A DNA stretch of 51,161 nt. It comes from a virus. The stretch is taken from UHGV virus genome UHGV-0110138; one strand, written 5' to 3'. The translations under genes were made by a program, and so were the position numbers. The notes under the pieces are model-generated. The model ran no database searches. It was given only the letters and a program-made list of their open reading frames with translations, and was not told the DNA's origin. Of this stretch, positions 18,056-26,740 are shown in pieces. Each line of letters opens with the position of its first letter. The stretch's first letter is position 1.

Positions 18056-18475
18056 ATGTATGAAAAATTTGAAGAATTACTAAAGAAAAACAATGTGACT
18101 GCTTATAGAGTTTCGAAAGAAACAGGAGTAACAACAGCCACACTTACCAGTTGGAAACAGGGCAAATATACTCCAAAGATGGAGAAGTTACAGAAAATAG
18201 CGGACTACTTTGGAGTCCCTACAGAATACTTCACTGGAGAAGAAAAGAAAGAAGATCCTTATGCACTTACTTCCAAAGACGAAAGAGACATTGCAAAGGA
18301 TTTAGAAAATCTCCGTGGAAAATTAATGAATGGCGCAGATGGTCCTCTCTCCTACGAGGGTGAACCTATTCCGGAAGAAGACACAGAACTGCTTCTTGGA
18401 CAGATTGAATTAATGATGCGCCGGTTGAAACCTATCAATAAGGAAAAATACAATCCTAACAAGAACAAGAAGTAG
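18056..18475 (+). CDS. cI-like XRE-family repressor
   Basis: MYEKFEELLKKNNVTAYRVSKETGVTTATLTSWKQG, paralogous to the Cro-like HTH, with a C-terminal extension. Confidence 0.75.
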   Translation: MYEKFEELLKKNNVTAYRVSKETGVTTATLTSWKQGKYTPKMEKLQKIADYFGVPTEYFTGEEKKEDPYALTSKDERDIAKDLENLRGKLMNGADGPLSYEGEPIPEEDTELLLGQIELMMRRLKPINKEKYNPNKNKK

Positions 18476-18916
18476 GTGTTGCAATTGAAAGCACATGATG
18501 TTAAGCACTTAGTTGCCTATTACGTCAAAAAATATGATACTAGAAACCCTTTTAGGCTTGCAGAATATCTGAATGTTGAAGTTCAGACTGGTCCACTCGG
18601 ATCCCATGCTGGATGCTATATGTTCCTCAAAAACCATAAGTGCATCTTCCTTAACGAAGTTTTAGAGGAACATGAAAGAACTCTTGTCATGGCTCACGAA
18701 CTTGCTCATTCGATTATGCACCGAAAGGAAAATTGTTATTTCATTAGAAACAAGACTCTTCTGCTGACTTCCAAGATGGAAATTGAAGCGAATACTTTTG
18801 CAGCAGAACTGTTAATACCAGATGAACTGATCTATGAGAATCCTGGAATGTCCAGAGAACAAATAGCGCGCTTGTCTGGATATAATGAAATGATTATGAA
18901 ATTCAAAGAACTCTAA
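18476..18916 (+). CDS. ImmA/IrrE-family metallopeptidase (anti-repressor protease)
   Basis: HEXXH motif (MAHELAHSIMH). GTG start abuts the stop of the cI-like gene. Confidence 0.75.
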   Translation: MLQLKAHDVKHLVAYYVKKYDTRNPFRLAEYLNVEVQTGPLGSHAGCYMFLKNHKCIFLNEVLEEHERTLVMAHELAHSIMHRKENCYFIRNKTLLLTSKMEIEANTFAAELLIPDELIYENPGMSREQIARLSGYNEMIMKFKEL

Positions 18917-18931
18917 TTGCGAGGTTATTAT

Positions 18932-20449
18932 ATGAGACCTAGCCAATATCATTATATAAAAAGAATGCTCGTACACGGAATGTATAACCGTAAGCGAGCA
19001 AAAATAGCTGCTAAAAACAGAAAGAAACAGTTAAAGAGACTTCATAAAGAAGAAAAGAGACAGCGGAAGTTGGCTCGTAAAGCATGGAAAAAAGCACAGC
19101 CGAAGAAAATACACTCACCTACATTCTATAGGAACTGGGCGATAATCGCTGCTATTGTATGGCTCTTTGGTTGGATGTACTCTGTAAATGAGTATCGTGG
19201 ATTGGATATTGTTCTATCGCTGATTTCAGGAGAAATATTATTTGCGTTATATCCGTTCTATAAATTCCTGAAGACAAGGGAGAAGGAAATACCTGACCTA
19301 GAATTTAATAAGGATGTAATGCTTTGTCCTCGGTGTGGAGCAGAAATTGACGCAAAATGTAAGTTCTGTACGCAATGCGGTTTTCAAATCGTAAGGGATT
19401 TTCATTTTCCTCCGGAAGACATTTCTGTAGATAATCAATCTGTGATGCAAGCAGCTCCCGTGGAACGAGAAACAGAGCAGGAACAGGAACAGGAACAGGA
19501 ACAGGAACAGGAACAGGAACAGGAACAGGAACAGGATATTATGCCAGACACAGAAGAAAAATCAACCGATGACGACAAAATTATTATATGTCCAGTCTGT
19601 GGAACTAAGAATTTAAAGACATACTCTTTCTGCATAGAATGTGGTATATGTCTCAACAATCCAGAAAACTTTCGTAAATGTATAAGCCATCCAGTTTGCA
19701 CTCAGAATCAAGAAAAGTCAGAGAGTCAGCCTAAAGAAACTACGGATAATCAGATTCAAAATATCGTTATCGAAAACGGAGATGTATATTTAGCTAACGC
19801 AGCTCTGATGGCCACAGACAGAGATAGCATCGGAATAGGGAAAATTCAACGTGAATACAAGGTTGGATTTAACCGTGCTGCTCATATCATGGATCAGTTA
19901 TATGAAATAGGGATAGTTGGTGAAGAAAACGGAACCAGTCCTAGAAAAGTTTTAGTTGATAAAGAAAAATGCAAGGAGATTCTTAAAAATGCTACGATTT
20001 CCGAATGTCCGGTGCCTAGTTATGAACCAAAACCTACAGATGTTTACGCTGAATTTTGTACAGCATCATGTGAATTCGATCCAAGCCAAAATTTCAAATA
20101 TCAAGACGATGAAGGAAATATCAGATATAATGATAAACGCTTCGTACAGTCAAATAGCAGTGTTGACTTGCCCAACAAATTAGATACATCCAAAATAAAC
20201 GAAGCAAAAAAGAAAATTCTTGAACTATATGAATCAGTAGGTATTCAAATAAAAATTGATTCCTACTCCGTATTGCAAGCCTATTTACTTTTTCAAATTA
20301 TTCCAGTTGGAAAAACGCGGATAAAAGCAATACAATCTTTGCAAAAAGATATTGAAGTTGCTTTGGGAATGAACTCTATAATAAACGTAATGTCTAAAAA
20401 AGGATACGTTGGATTATTACTGCCACTCCAATATTTTTTATTAATATAA
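18932..20449 (+). CDS. membrane protein with two zinc ribbons, an (EQ)n tract and an FtsK-gamma-like winged-helix domain
   Basis: CPRCG..CTQCG and CPVCG..CIECG zinc ribbons; TM helix WAIIAAIVWLFGW; IGIGKIQREYKVGFNRAAHIMDQLYEIGIVGEENGTSPRKVLV resembles the FtsK gamma domain. The ORF track starts at a TTG at 18917; an ATG at 18932 has a better RBS. Confidence 0.6.
   Translation: MRPSQYHYIKRMLVHGMYNRKRAKIAAKNRKKQLKRLHKEEKRQRKLARKAWKKAQPKKIHSPTFYRNWAIIAAIVWLFGWMYSVNEYRGLDIVLSLISGEILFALYPFYKFLKTREKEIPDLEFNKDVMLCPRCGAEIDAKCKFCTQCGFQIVRDFHFPPEDISVDNQSVMQAAPVERETEQEQEQEQEQEQEQEQEQEQDIMPDTEEKSTDDDKIIICPVCGTKNLKTYSFCIECGICLNNPENFRKCISHPVCTQNQEKSESQPKETTDNQIQNIVIENGDVYLANAALMATDRDSIGIGKIQREYKVGFNRAAHIMDQLYEIGIVGEENGTSPRKVLVDKEKCKEILKNATISECPVPSYEPKPTDVYAEFCTASCEFDPSQNFKYQDDEGNIRYNDKRFVQSNSSVDLPNKLDTSKINEAKKKILELYESVGIQIKIDSYSVLQAYLLFQIIPVGKTRIKAIQSLQKDIEVALGMNSIINVMSKKGYVGLLLPLQYFLLI
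19481..19534. repeat. (GAACAG)9 hexanucleotide microsatellite encoding (EQ)n
   Basis: Nine perfect tandem hexamers inside 18932-20449. Confidence 0.9.
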
Positions 20450-20521
20450 CTCCCGGAAGGGATTTATATATAAGTATGTGGTGTACTTAAGGAACAGGCT
20501 CTCAATAGAAAGGAAAAGCTT

Positions 20522-21136
20522 ATGAAAAAGAAACTCGTAGCAATATTGTTGGTCGGAGCTATGGCACTTTCATTTACTGCGTGTGGCAGCTCTCCGAAGA
20601 GTGGAAACAACAGTGAAGCTTCTACAGACCAATCGTCTGATGATGGAGAGGGATTGAAAGCCGAAAAGAATTTGCTTAGCGTTGAAGTTAGACTCCCGGC
20701 TTCCCTTGTCAAAGATGGTGAAGCTGAACTAGATGAAGAAGCTAAGGAAGCTGGTGTTAAAGAAATCACTAAAAATGAAGATGGTTCTATCACCATGAAA
20801 ATGACAAAGGAAGCTCATAAAGAACTTCTTGGTTCAATCAAGGAAAGCGTAGATGAAAGTAATGAAGAAATTATCGCGGATAAAGAAAACTACCCTTCCA
20901 TTGAATCCATCACCTACAATGATGATCTGACAGAATTCACTGTCAGTGTTGATAGCGCATCATTTAATGGCCTTGAAAGCTTTGTTGCTATTGCTTTCTA
21001 CATGGAAGGGAATATTTATCAAGCATTGAACGCTGTTCCGGAAGATGAAATTAATACTACCGTTAATTTCGTAGACAAAGACTCTGGAGAAGTTATAAAC
21101 TCAGCTGATTCTTCAAGCATGAAAGATCAGCAATAA
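20522..21136 (+). CDS. phage-encoded lipoprotein (lipobox LSFTAC)
   Basis: MKKKLVAILLVGAMALSFTACGSS; acidic mature domain. Confidence 0.7.
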   Translation: MKKKLVAILLVGAMALSFTACGSSPKSGNNSEASTDQSSDDGEGLKAEKNLLSVEVRLPASLVKDGEAELDEEAKEAGVKEITKNEDGSITMKMTKEAHKELLGSIKESVDESNEEIIADKENYPSIESITYNDDLTEFTVSVDSASFNGLESFVAIAFYMEGNIYQALNAVPEDEINTTVNFVDKDSGEVINSADSSSMKDQQ

Positions 21137-21200
21137 TTATATAAAGCGTGTGGTGCGCTTAGCAAACAAGGCTATCTCACTAAAAGAAAGAGAGGGAACC

Positions 21201-21374
21201 ATGAATATAAAAGAATACGTTTATGACAACAAACTTTCTTCCTTATCCGATACAGAATTGAGAGCTTATGGAAGAGAACTACTGGAAAGACAATATGCCG
21301 GTGAAGAACTTACAGATAAGTTATATACAGAATTAAGAGATGTATGTAGCGAATTTGTAAACAGAGATAATTAA
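21201..21374 (+). CDS. small hypothetical protein
   Basis: MNIKEYVYDNKL... with RBS GAGGG upstream. The ORF track starts earlier, at 21150. Confidence 0.4.
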   Translation: MNIKEYVYDNKLSSLSDTELRAYGRELLERQYAGEELTDKLYTELRDVCSEFVNRDN

Positions 21375-21542
21375 ATAAAATAAAACCGCTCCTGTTGGCG
21401 CAGGAACGGTTGATACACAACTCCGAAGAGCAGTGCGAATTATATGAACAATAATATTGTATCATCTTCGGAGCAGTCAATCAATCAGAACTGTTGTTCT
21501 ATTGTATGGCTGTTATTTTTATACTTAAAAGGAGATGATTAT

Positions 21543-22646
21543 ATGGCAACAGCTAAGAAGTTACCTTCCGGATCCTGGAGATGTCAGGTATTCAGCCACT
21601 ATGAAATTGTCTTAGATAAAAACGGAAAACCTGTTATTGATCCGAAAACGAAGAAACAGAAACAGAAAAGAATCTATAAGTCTTTCACTTGTGATGATCC
21701 ATCGGCAAGAGGAAAAAGAAAAGCTGAAGCAATGGCTGCTGAATGGGCAGACAACAAAGAAATCAAGAAAGATGAAGAAGTACAAATGACTTTCGGTGAT
21801 GCACTAGAAAAGTACATCCAGGAACGGTCCGCTGTCCTCTCACCGTCCAGCATCAGAAAGTACAAGAGTATGCAACGTAATTGCATGGTACCGCTCAAAG
21901 AGTATCAGCTAAAGGAAATCACACAAAGCGTAATTCAAAAGGTGATTAATAAGGCATCTACAGAGCTGTCACCTAAGTCTGTTCGTGACATGAATGGACT
22001 GATCAGCGCGGTAATGAAAAGATTTCGTCCGGGAATTGTAATCAATATCACTCTTCCAAAAAAACTCAGGAGCAACATTTACATTCCTACAGAAGTGGAC
22101 ATTAAGAAGATTATTCGCGCATCAGAAGGAACTATCACGGAAGTGCCAATTCTCCTCGCAGCGTTTGGAGCTATGCGAAGAGGTGAGATCTGTGCATTAC
22201 AGAAGTCCGACATCAAGAATCACACGATACACGTTACAAAAACAATGGTTATGAATGATGAGGGCGAATGGATTGTGAAAGCACCTAAGTCTTATGCTGG
22301 TGACAGATATGTGAATTATCCATCATTCGTAATCGAGAAGTTTTTGGAACTTTCAACCGACACTGTAAACATGAATCCGAATACATTAACAACATCGTTT
22401 GGAAATCTCCTTAAGAAATTAGAGATACCTCACTTCCGATTCCACGACTTAAGGCATTACAATGCTTCTGTTCAACATGCGCTAGGAATACCGGATGCGT
22501 ATATCATGCAATCTGGTGGGTGGGGAAATGATTCGGTACTGAAAGAAGTCTACCGTCACACTCTTCCGGACATGGAAGATAAAATGAATAAGATTGCAAT
22601 CGACTATTTTGAGTCTATGCAACACGAAATGCAACACGAAGCATAA
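21543..22646 (+). CDS. int: tyrosine integrase
   Basis: C-terminal catalytic residues (R...HDLRH...Y: FHDLRHYNAS ... VYRHT). RBS AAAGGAG upstream of the ATG at 21543. Confidence 0.85.
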   Translation: MATAKKLPSGSWRCQVFSHYEIVLDKNGKPVIDPKTKKQKQKRIYKSFTCDDPSARGKRKAEAMAAEWADNKEIKKDEEVQMTFGDALEKYIQERSAVLSPSSIRKYKSMQRNCMVPLKEYQLKEITQSVIQKVINKASTELSPKSVRDMNGLISAVMKRFRPGIVINITLPKKLRSNIYIPTEVDIKKIIRASEGTITEVPILLAAFGAMRRGEICALQKSDIKNHTIHVTKTMVMNDEGEWIVKAPKSYAGDRYVNYPSFVIEKFLELSTDTVNMNPNTLTTSFGNLLKKLEIPHFRFHDLRHYNASVQHALGIPDAYIMQSGGWGNDSVLKEVYRHTLPDMEDKMNKIAIDYFESMQHEMQHEA

Positions 22647-22856
22647 CAATCATTGATTTTACAGGGGTTTTAGCACTTTCTGTGGGAGTTCGATTCTCTC
22701 ATCCCCTGTAAACCCAGTAATCGTTATGGTTACTGGGTTTTTTGTTTTTCCAAGTAAATACAAGGGTTCTAGGATTCTAGCATATTAGAATAATTCTCAT
22801 AAAATGGTGAAAATATACGATATTAGAAAACTATGCAACACGAAATGCAACACGAA
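22616..22856. other. putative attP: tRNA-3'-end-like core (T-arm GGGAGTTCGATTCTCTC plus acceptor-like ATCCCCTG, 22684-22709) flanked by 25-bp direct repeats TATGCAACACGAAATGCAACACGAA (22616-22640 and 22832-22856)
   Basis: A T-loop motif GTTCGATTC lies immediately 3' of int. The inverted ACAGGGG/CCCCTGT pair is too close together to be a whole tRNA. The flanking repeats are candidate arm-type sites. Confidence 0.45.
22713..22749 (+). terminator. rho-independent terminator downstream of int
   Basis: CCCAGTAA-tcgttatgg-TTACTGGG stem-loop followed by TTTTTTGTTTTT. Confidence 0.7.
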
Positions 22857-22915
22857 AATAGAAGAAAATGATACAATATTAAGGCCCCAAAGCAAACTGC
22901 TCTGGGGCATCTTTT

Positions 22916-23995
22916 CTACTCAATCCAAGCTTGGAACTTGTCCACGAATCTCTTCTTATCCCCTGCATAACCATCTGCGCCATTGGTCTTCAAGGTGTCA
23001 ATCTGCTCACTGTAGAAATTTGAGTTATCTCTAACAGAAACTCTGTAATGGACCATCTTATATTTGTATCCCTCCGGTGTGATGTAGTACAGCTCAATAG
23101 CAAGAATCTCTGAACCATCTCCGAGGATTCCATTGACCTTATCATTCAGATCATAACTATTGCCGAATGTAAGATATGGAAGCCAACCATTCTTTCTTGT
23201 GTATACTCGGCAGCGGATACTTCCTTTGCTGACCTTGATAGCAAGCCACTTAATTGAAACATTGTCACCTTTTCCAGCCCAGTCGATTTTATTCACCACT
23301 GGTGGCAACCATCTGTCTGTGAAAGCCTGATATGTAATATCGACCTGTCCTAAGTCTTGCTTTTCTGCTGGTTTAGATGGTGCTGCCGGTGTTACTGGTG
23401 TGGCGCTTTCGCCAAATTCCATGTAGCAATAGTTGACATCAACTCTTCCGTTAACTCCATCAACATGACCATCGGAAGAATACTGCCAAATTGCGTACTG
23501 ACCTTTATAAGTATCCTCAGGAAGATTCTTGTATCTTGCCAGCCATTCAATGTACTTGCCACGTACACCGCCAAGATGGTTGTTGAACCAACTAAGTGAA
23601 GCGTAGATTCCAGGAGTATATCCAGCTGCTTTAAGTCCTTCGCATACAATCTCACAGCATCTAGGAGCATAGTTCTGTGTTCCCGGCTCTTCCACATCAA
23701 GGAAGATAGGTAACTGGAATGTATGACCTTTAATCAATCTGAGAATATGCTCAAGCTCTGATTTCGCCTGTCTGTCACAAGTAGCGTAGCTGTACAGATA
23801 GACTCCCACCGGAATTCCAAGTCTTTCACACTCAGCAAGGTTACGGATCCACTGCTTATCATCCTGTGATGCAATGTTATCTCCATATCCACATCTAAGG
23901 ATTGCACCGGCACAACCTGACGCTTTGACTCTTTCCCAGTTAATGACTCCGTTATGATAGCTGACATCAATAATAAGTTTACTCATACCAGCCAC
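22916..23995 (-). CDS. endolysin, GH25 muramidase with C-terminal cell-wall-binding region
   Basis: N-terminal IIDVSYHNGVINWERVKASGCAGAILRCGYG... is typical of GH25. GTG at 23995 or ATG at 23986. Confidence 0.85.
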   Translation of the reverse strand: MAGMSKLIIDVSYHNGVINWERVKASGCAGAILRCGYGDNIASQDDKQWIRNLAECERLGIPVGVYLYSYATCDRQAKSELEHILRLIKGHTFQLPIFLDVEEPGTQNYAPRCCEIVCEGLKAAGYTPGIYASLSWFNNHLGGVRGKYIEWLARYKNLPEDTYKGQYAIWQYSSDGHVDGVNGRVDVNYCYMEFGESATPVTPAAPSKPAEKQDLGQVDITYQAFTDRWLPPVVNKIDWAGKGDNVSIKWLAIKVSKGSIRCRVYTRKNGWLPYLTFGNSYDLNDKVNGILGDGSEILAIELYYITPEGYKYKMVHYRVSVRDNSNFYSEQIDTLKTNGADGYAGDKKRFVDKFQAWIE

Positions 23996-24155
23996 CTTCT
24001 TTCAGTTCTGCTTTCTTCTGCTCGATCTCCGCTGCGTGTTCCTCTGCAAATTTTTCCATAGTTTCCAGTGATGTACCCTCATTGTCCGAGATTTCTTTCG
24101 CTGAAAGTCCGTAGGCAAAACTCTTGATAATTTCTTTTACTGTCTGCTCTGTCAT
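23979..24155 (-). CDS. small ORF between holin and lysin
   Basis: 58 aa (MTEQTVKEIIKSF...), starts 2 nt after the holin stop. Confidence 0.3.
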   Translation of the reverse strand: MTEQTVKEIIKSFAYGLSAKEISDNEGTSLETMEKFAEEHAAEIEQKKAELKEGGWYE

Positions 24156-24157
24156 AA

Positions 24158-24544
24158 TTACTCTTCCTTTCCATTCTGCTTAATCAACTGGTTGACATAA
24201 TTGCTAAGTCCAGCTACAAGGATTCCTTGTACGATAGCTGTAAACAGTGCCATTGCGATATCCTGTCCAGTTCCAAGAGTGCAAGTTGCAATCACGTAGA
24301 TACCGCAGATCACGATTCCAGCAATTCCTAAGATGCTAGGAATATACTTGTCTGCGATAGTCTCAGACTGCTTAATTGCCATGCCGATAAAGTACAGTGC
24401 AATAGCTACAACAATAAGTTCCGGCTTTACATAATTGATAATCTGTTCCATGTTCTTTCTCCTTATAATCCAATTTGCGTTGCTACCAATCCGATCACAA
24501 GTCCGAGAGCCGCTGTGAGAACATATTTGACTACTGTTCTCCAC
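24158..24544 (-). CDS. holin (likely start at MEQIINYV, about 24451)
   Basis: Three hydrophobic helices (LIVVAIALYFIGMAI; ILGIAGIVICGIYVIA; MALFTAIVQGILVAGL). Confidence 0.7.
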   Translation of the reverse strand: MENSSQICSHSGSRTCDRIGSNANWIIRRKNMEQIINYVKPELIVVAIALYFIGMAIKQSETIADKYIPSILGIAGIVICGIYVIATCTLGTGQDIAMALFTAIVQGILVAGLSNYVNQLIKQNGKEE

Positions 24545-24774
24545 ATTTCTCCATCTCTGCCCTCTAAGGCTTCTAATCTCTCTCCTTGTTTCGCTTGTTC
24601 GTTTGCCATATTCTCCATGTTATTTGCAAGCTTCTCAACAGATACCGTAAGTGCTGTGTTCTGTTTTACAGATTCCTCTAACACCTCAATCTGTCTATTC
24701 TGTCTATGTTGCTCGTCCTCGATACGTTTGGCAAACTCGTTATGTTCTTCTCTGCCTACATATTCCATCACCAT
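24463..24774 (-). CDS. XhlA-like lysis-associated protein (coiled coil plus C-terminal TM)
   Basis: Coiled-coil region QNTALTVSVEKLANNMENMANEQAKQGERLEALEG followed by TM helix LTAALGLVIGLVATQIGL. Confidence 0.6.
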   Translation of the reverse strand: MVMEYVGREEHNEFAKRIEDEQHRQNRQIEVLEESVKQNTALTVSVEKLANNMENMANEQAKQGERLEALEGRDGEMWRTVVKYVLTAALGLVIGLVATQIGL

Positions 24775-24896
24775 TCTCCTTAAATGCTTATAGTTCTACC
24801 TTAATGTTAATACAGCTAATTATGATATTTATGCAATCTTAAGATAATTGTACTGGATTTTTAGTGGATGATTGTACCCATATTGAGTCATAGATG

Positions 24897-25202
24897 AAAT
24901 AGTAACACGATACTAAAATCAAATGGTCTGCGATATTATTCTGATCATGTTTATAGTGAAGAAAAAACTGTACGGTTAACATTTGACGGTCACTTTGCTG
25001 GAATACTTATTGTAGATCAAAATAAATATACAAACATATATGCCGTAGGTGCTAGTTCTGGAATCAAACAAATAAGTATTGGAAATGCAGATTCTCCTCA
25101 GCCATCAAAAAGTGGTAATACGATAAGTATACCTATGCGTGCATGGTCATCGTTCATACTCATAACTAATGATAATAGTGTTATCAAGTTATAAAATAGT
25201 AA
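24897..25202. repeat. 306-bp direct repeat copy 1 (identical to 25701-26006), bounded by AAATAGTAA sites
   Basis: Read by eye: identical over the full length, offset exactly 804 bp. Confidence 0.9.
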
Positions 25203-25700
25203 GTCATTTTTTACCGTAGATTCTGGTGGTTGTATATATACAGTTAAACTTAGAACATTCACAAATATTTTATTTATTGCAACGGTTAGATCACTATATG
25301 TGTATTCAAATGGATACCTGACAACTGCAATTGAGGATGGAAAGTTTTCAAAATGCGAAATTTCTAAAGATTATCTTACCGTTACTATTACTTCTGTATG
25401 CGATAAAGAAAGGTTTTCGTTGGGAATAATTGGTATGAAAGATTTTGAGGTTAAAAGGATAAAATAGTAATAAACAAGGCGTGTTAAAAACAATTGCCAA
25501 ACAATACTCAACAAATGAACAAGGTGTCATTACCACGGAAATAAATAGAACAGCTGTTGTTGTATCTTGCAGAAGTAACAACGCAATTGTCGATCCTTTT
25601 GTAATATATGGAAACGATTATTGGAATGCAAAGATCCAGAATATTAGTGGTAACATACTAAAGAACACAAATGTATATGTTGCATTCTTCTATTTTAAAT

Positions 25701-26006
25701 AAATAGTAACACGATACTAAAATCAAATGGTCTGCGATATTATTCTGATCATGTTTATAGTGAAGAAAAAACTGTACGGTTAACATTTGACGGTCACTTT
25801 GCTGGAATACTTATTGTAGATCAAAATAAATATACAAACATATATGCCGTAGGTGCTAGTTCTGGAATCAAACAAATAAGTATTGGAAATGCAGATTCTC
25901 CTCAGCCATCAAAAAGTGGTAATACGATAAGTATACCTATGCGTGCATGGTCATCGTTCATACTCATAACTAATGATAATAGTGTTATCAAGTTATAAAA
26001 TAGTAA
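25701..26006. repeat. 306-bp direct repeat copy 2
   Basis: Identical to 24897-25202. Confidence 0.9.
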
Positions 26007-26740
26007 TGGATTTTTTATAAAACATGTTGATAAGTCAGATGCAGATAATATCACAAAACCAGGACTATACAGATGTTCGAATTTAATAGGTGTTACAGGA
26101 ATCAACTTTGGATACATGTTTGTTTTTTCACTATACAATGATAGGCGATATATCTTGCAAGTTTTACATGATGCAAACTCTTCTGATTTAAGACGGCGAA
26201 TTCGCATTAGCTCCAAATGGACGGACTGGATCAAAATGTAAATCACATCAATTACATTGCTCTAGAAAATAGTAAGCGTATCCCACAGTTTGAAGTTCGA
26301 GGCATTTACAATAGCTCCACCCAAACAATGACATTTTCGATTCCTCAACTAAAAAATTTGCATGGTCTCGTAATGTTTAAAACAGAGTTATCAAATAACG
26401 GAAGGCATCTTAGATTGTCTTTAACATCTTGGAATGAAAAAGTTATATCTCAGTGCGTGCAGAATGCAATTACAGAACCAACCGCAACAGGATATATGGA
26501 AACAGGAACGTATAAACTTGAGTATAAAAGCAAAAATTTTCCTAGCAATATGTCCGGCAAATGTGTCGTATTTTTAATTTCAGATGAAATATAAAAGAGA
26601 TTTTCTAATCTCCGATTTCCTCTATTACAGGAGCAAGTCTAAAACAGCACAATAACAAGCGTATCAGCAATATTTTTAGGTATAGCAAACAAGCCATCGA
26701 AAGGTGGCTTTTAAAAAATCAATATTGATGCTAGAAAAAG

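Noticed and set aside
21386-21409. Hairpin CCGCTCCTG-ttggcg-CAGGAACGG as a plus-strand terminator
   Set aside because: No U-tract follows on the plus strand; the T-run lies on the other side. It could act on antisense transcription only; weak.
22661-22709. Complete tRNA gene at the integrase 3' end
   Set aside because: The inverted ACAGGGG/CCCCTGT pair is only about 35 nt apart and no D or anticodon arms can be formed. Only a T-arm plus acceptor-3' mimic is present, so it was called an attP core and not a tRNA.
24897-26006. Possible CRISPR array or DGR template/variable repeat pair suggested by the 306-bp repeats
   Set aside because: There are only two copies, they are long (306 bp), and they are identical. 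No Cas genes are present, no reverse transcriptase ORF is in the window, and there are no adenine-specific mismatches between the copies.
24898-26594. Calling the plus-strand beta-rich fragments and 26217-26594 as ordinary expressed genes
   Set aside because: Most lack any start codon, begin directly after in-frame stop codons at the repeated sites, and have no RBS. They were treated as silent cassettes or pseudogene fragments pending evidence.
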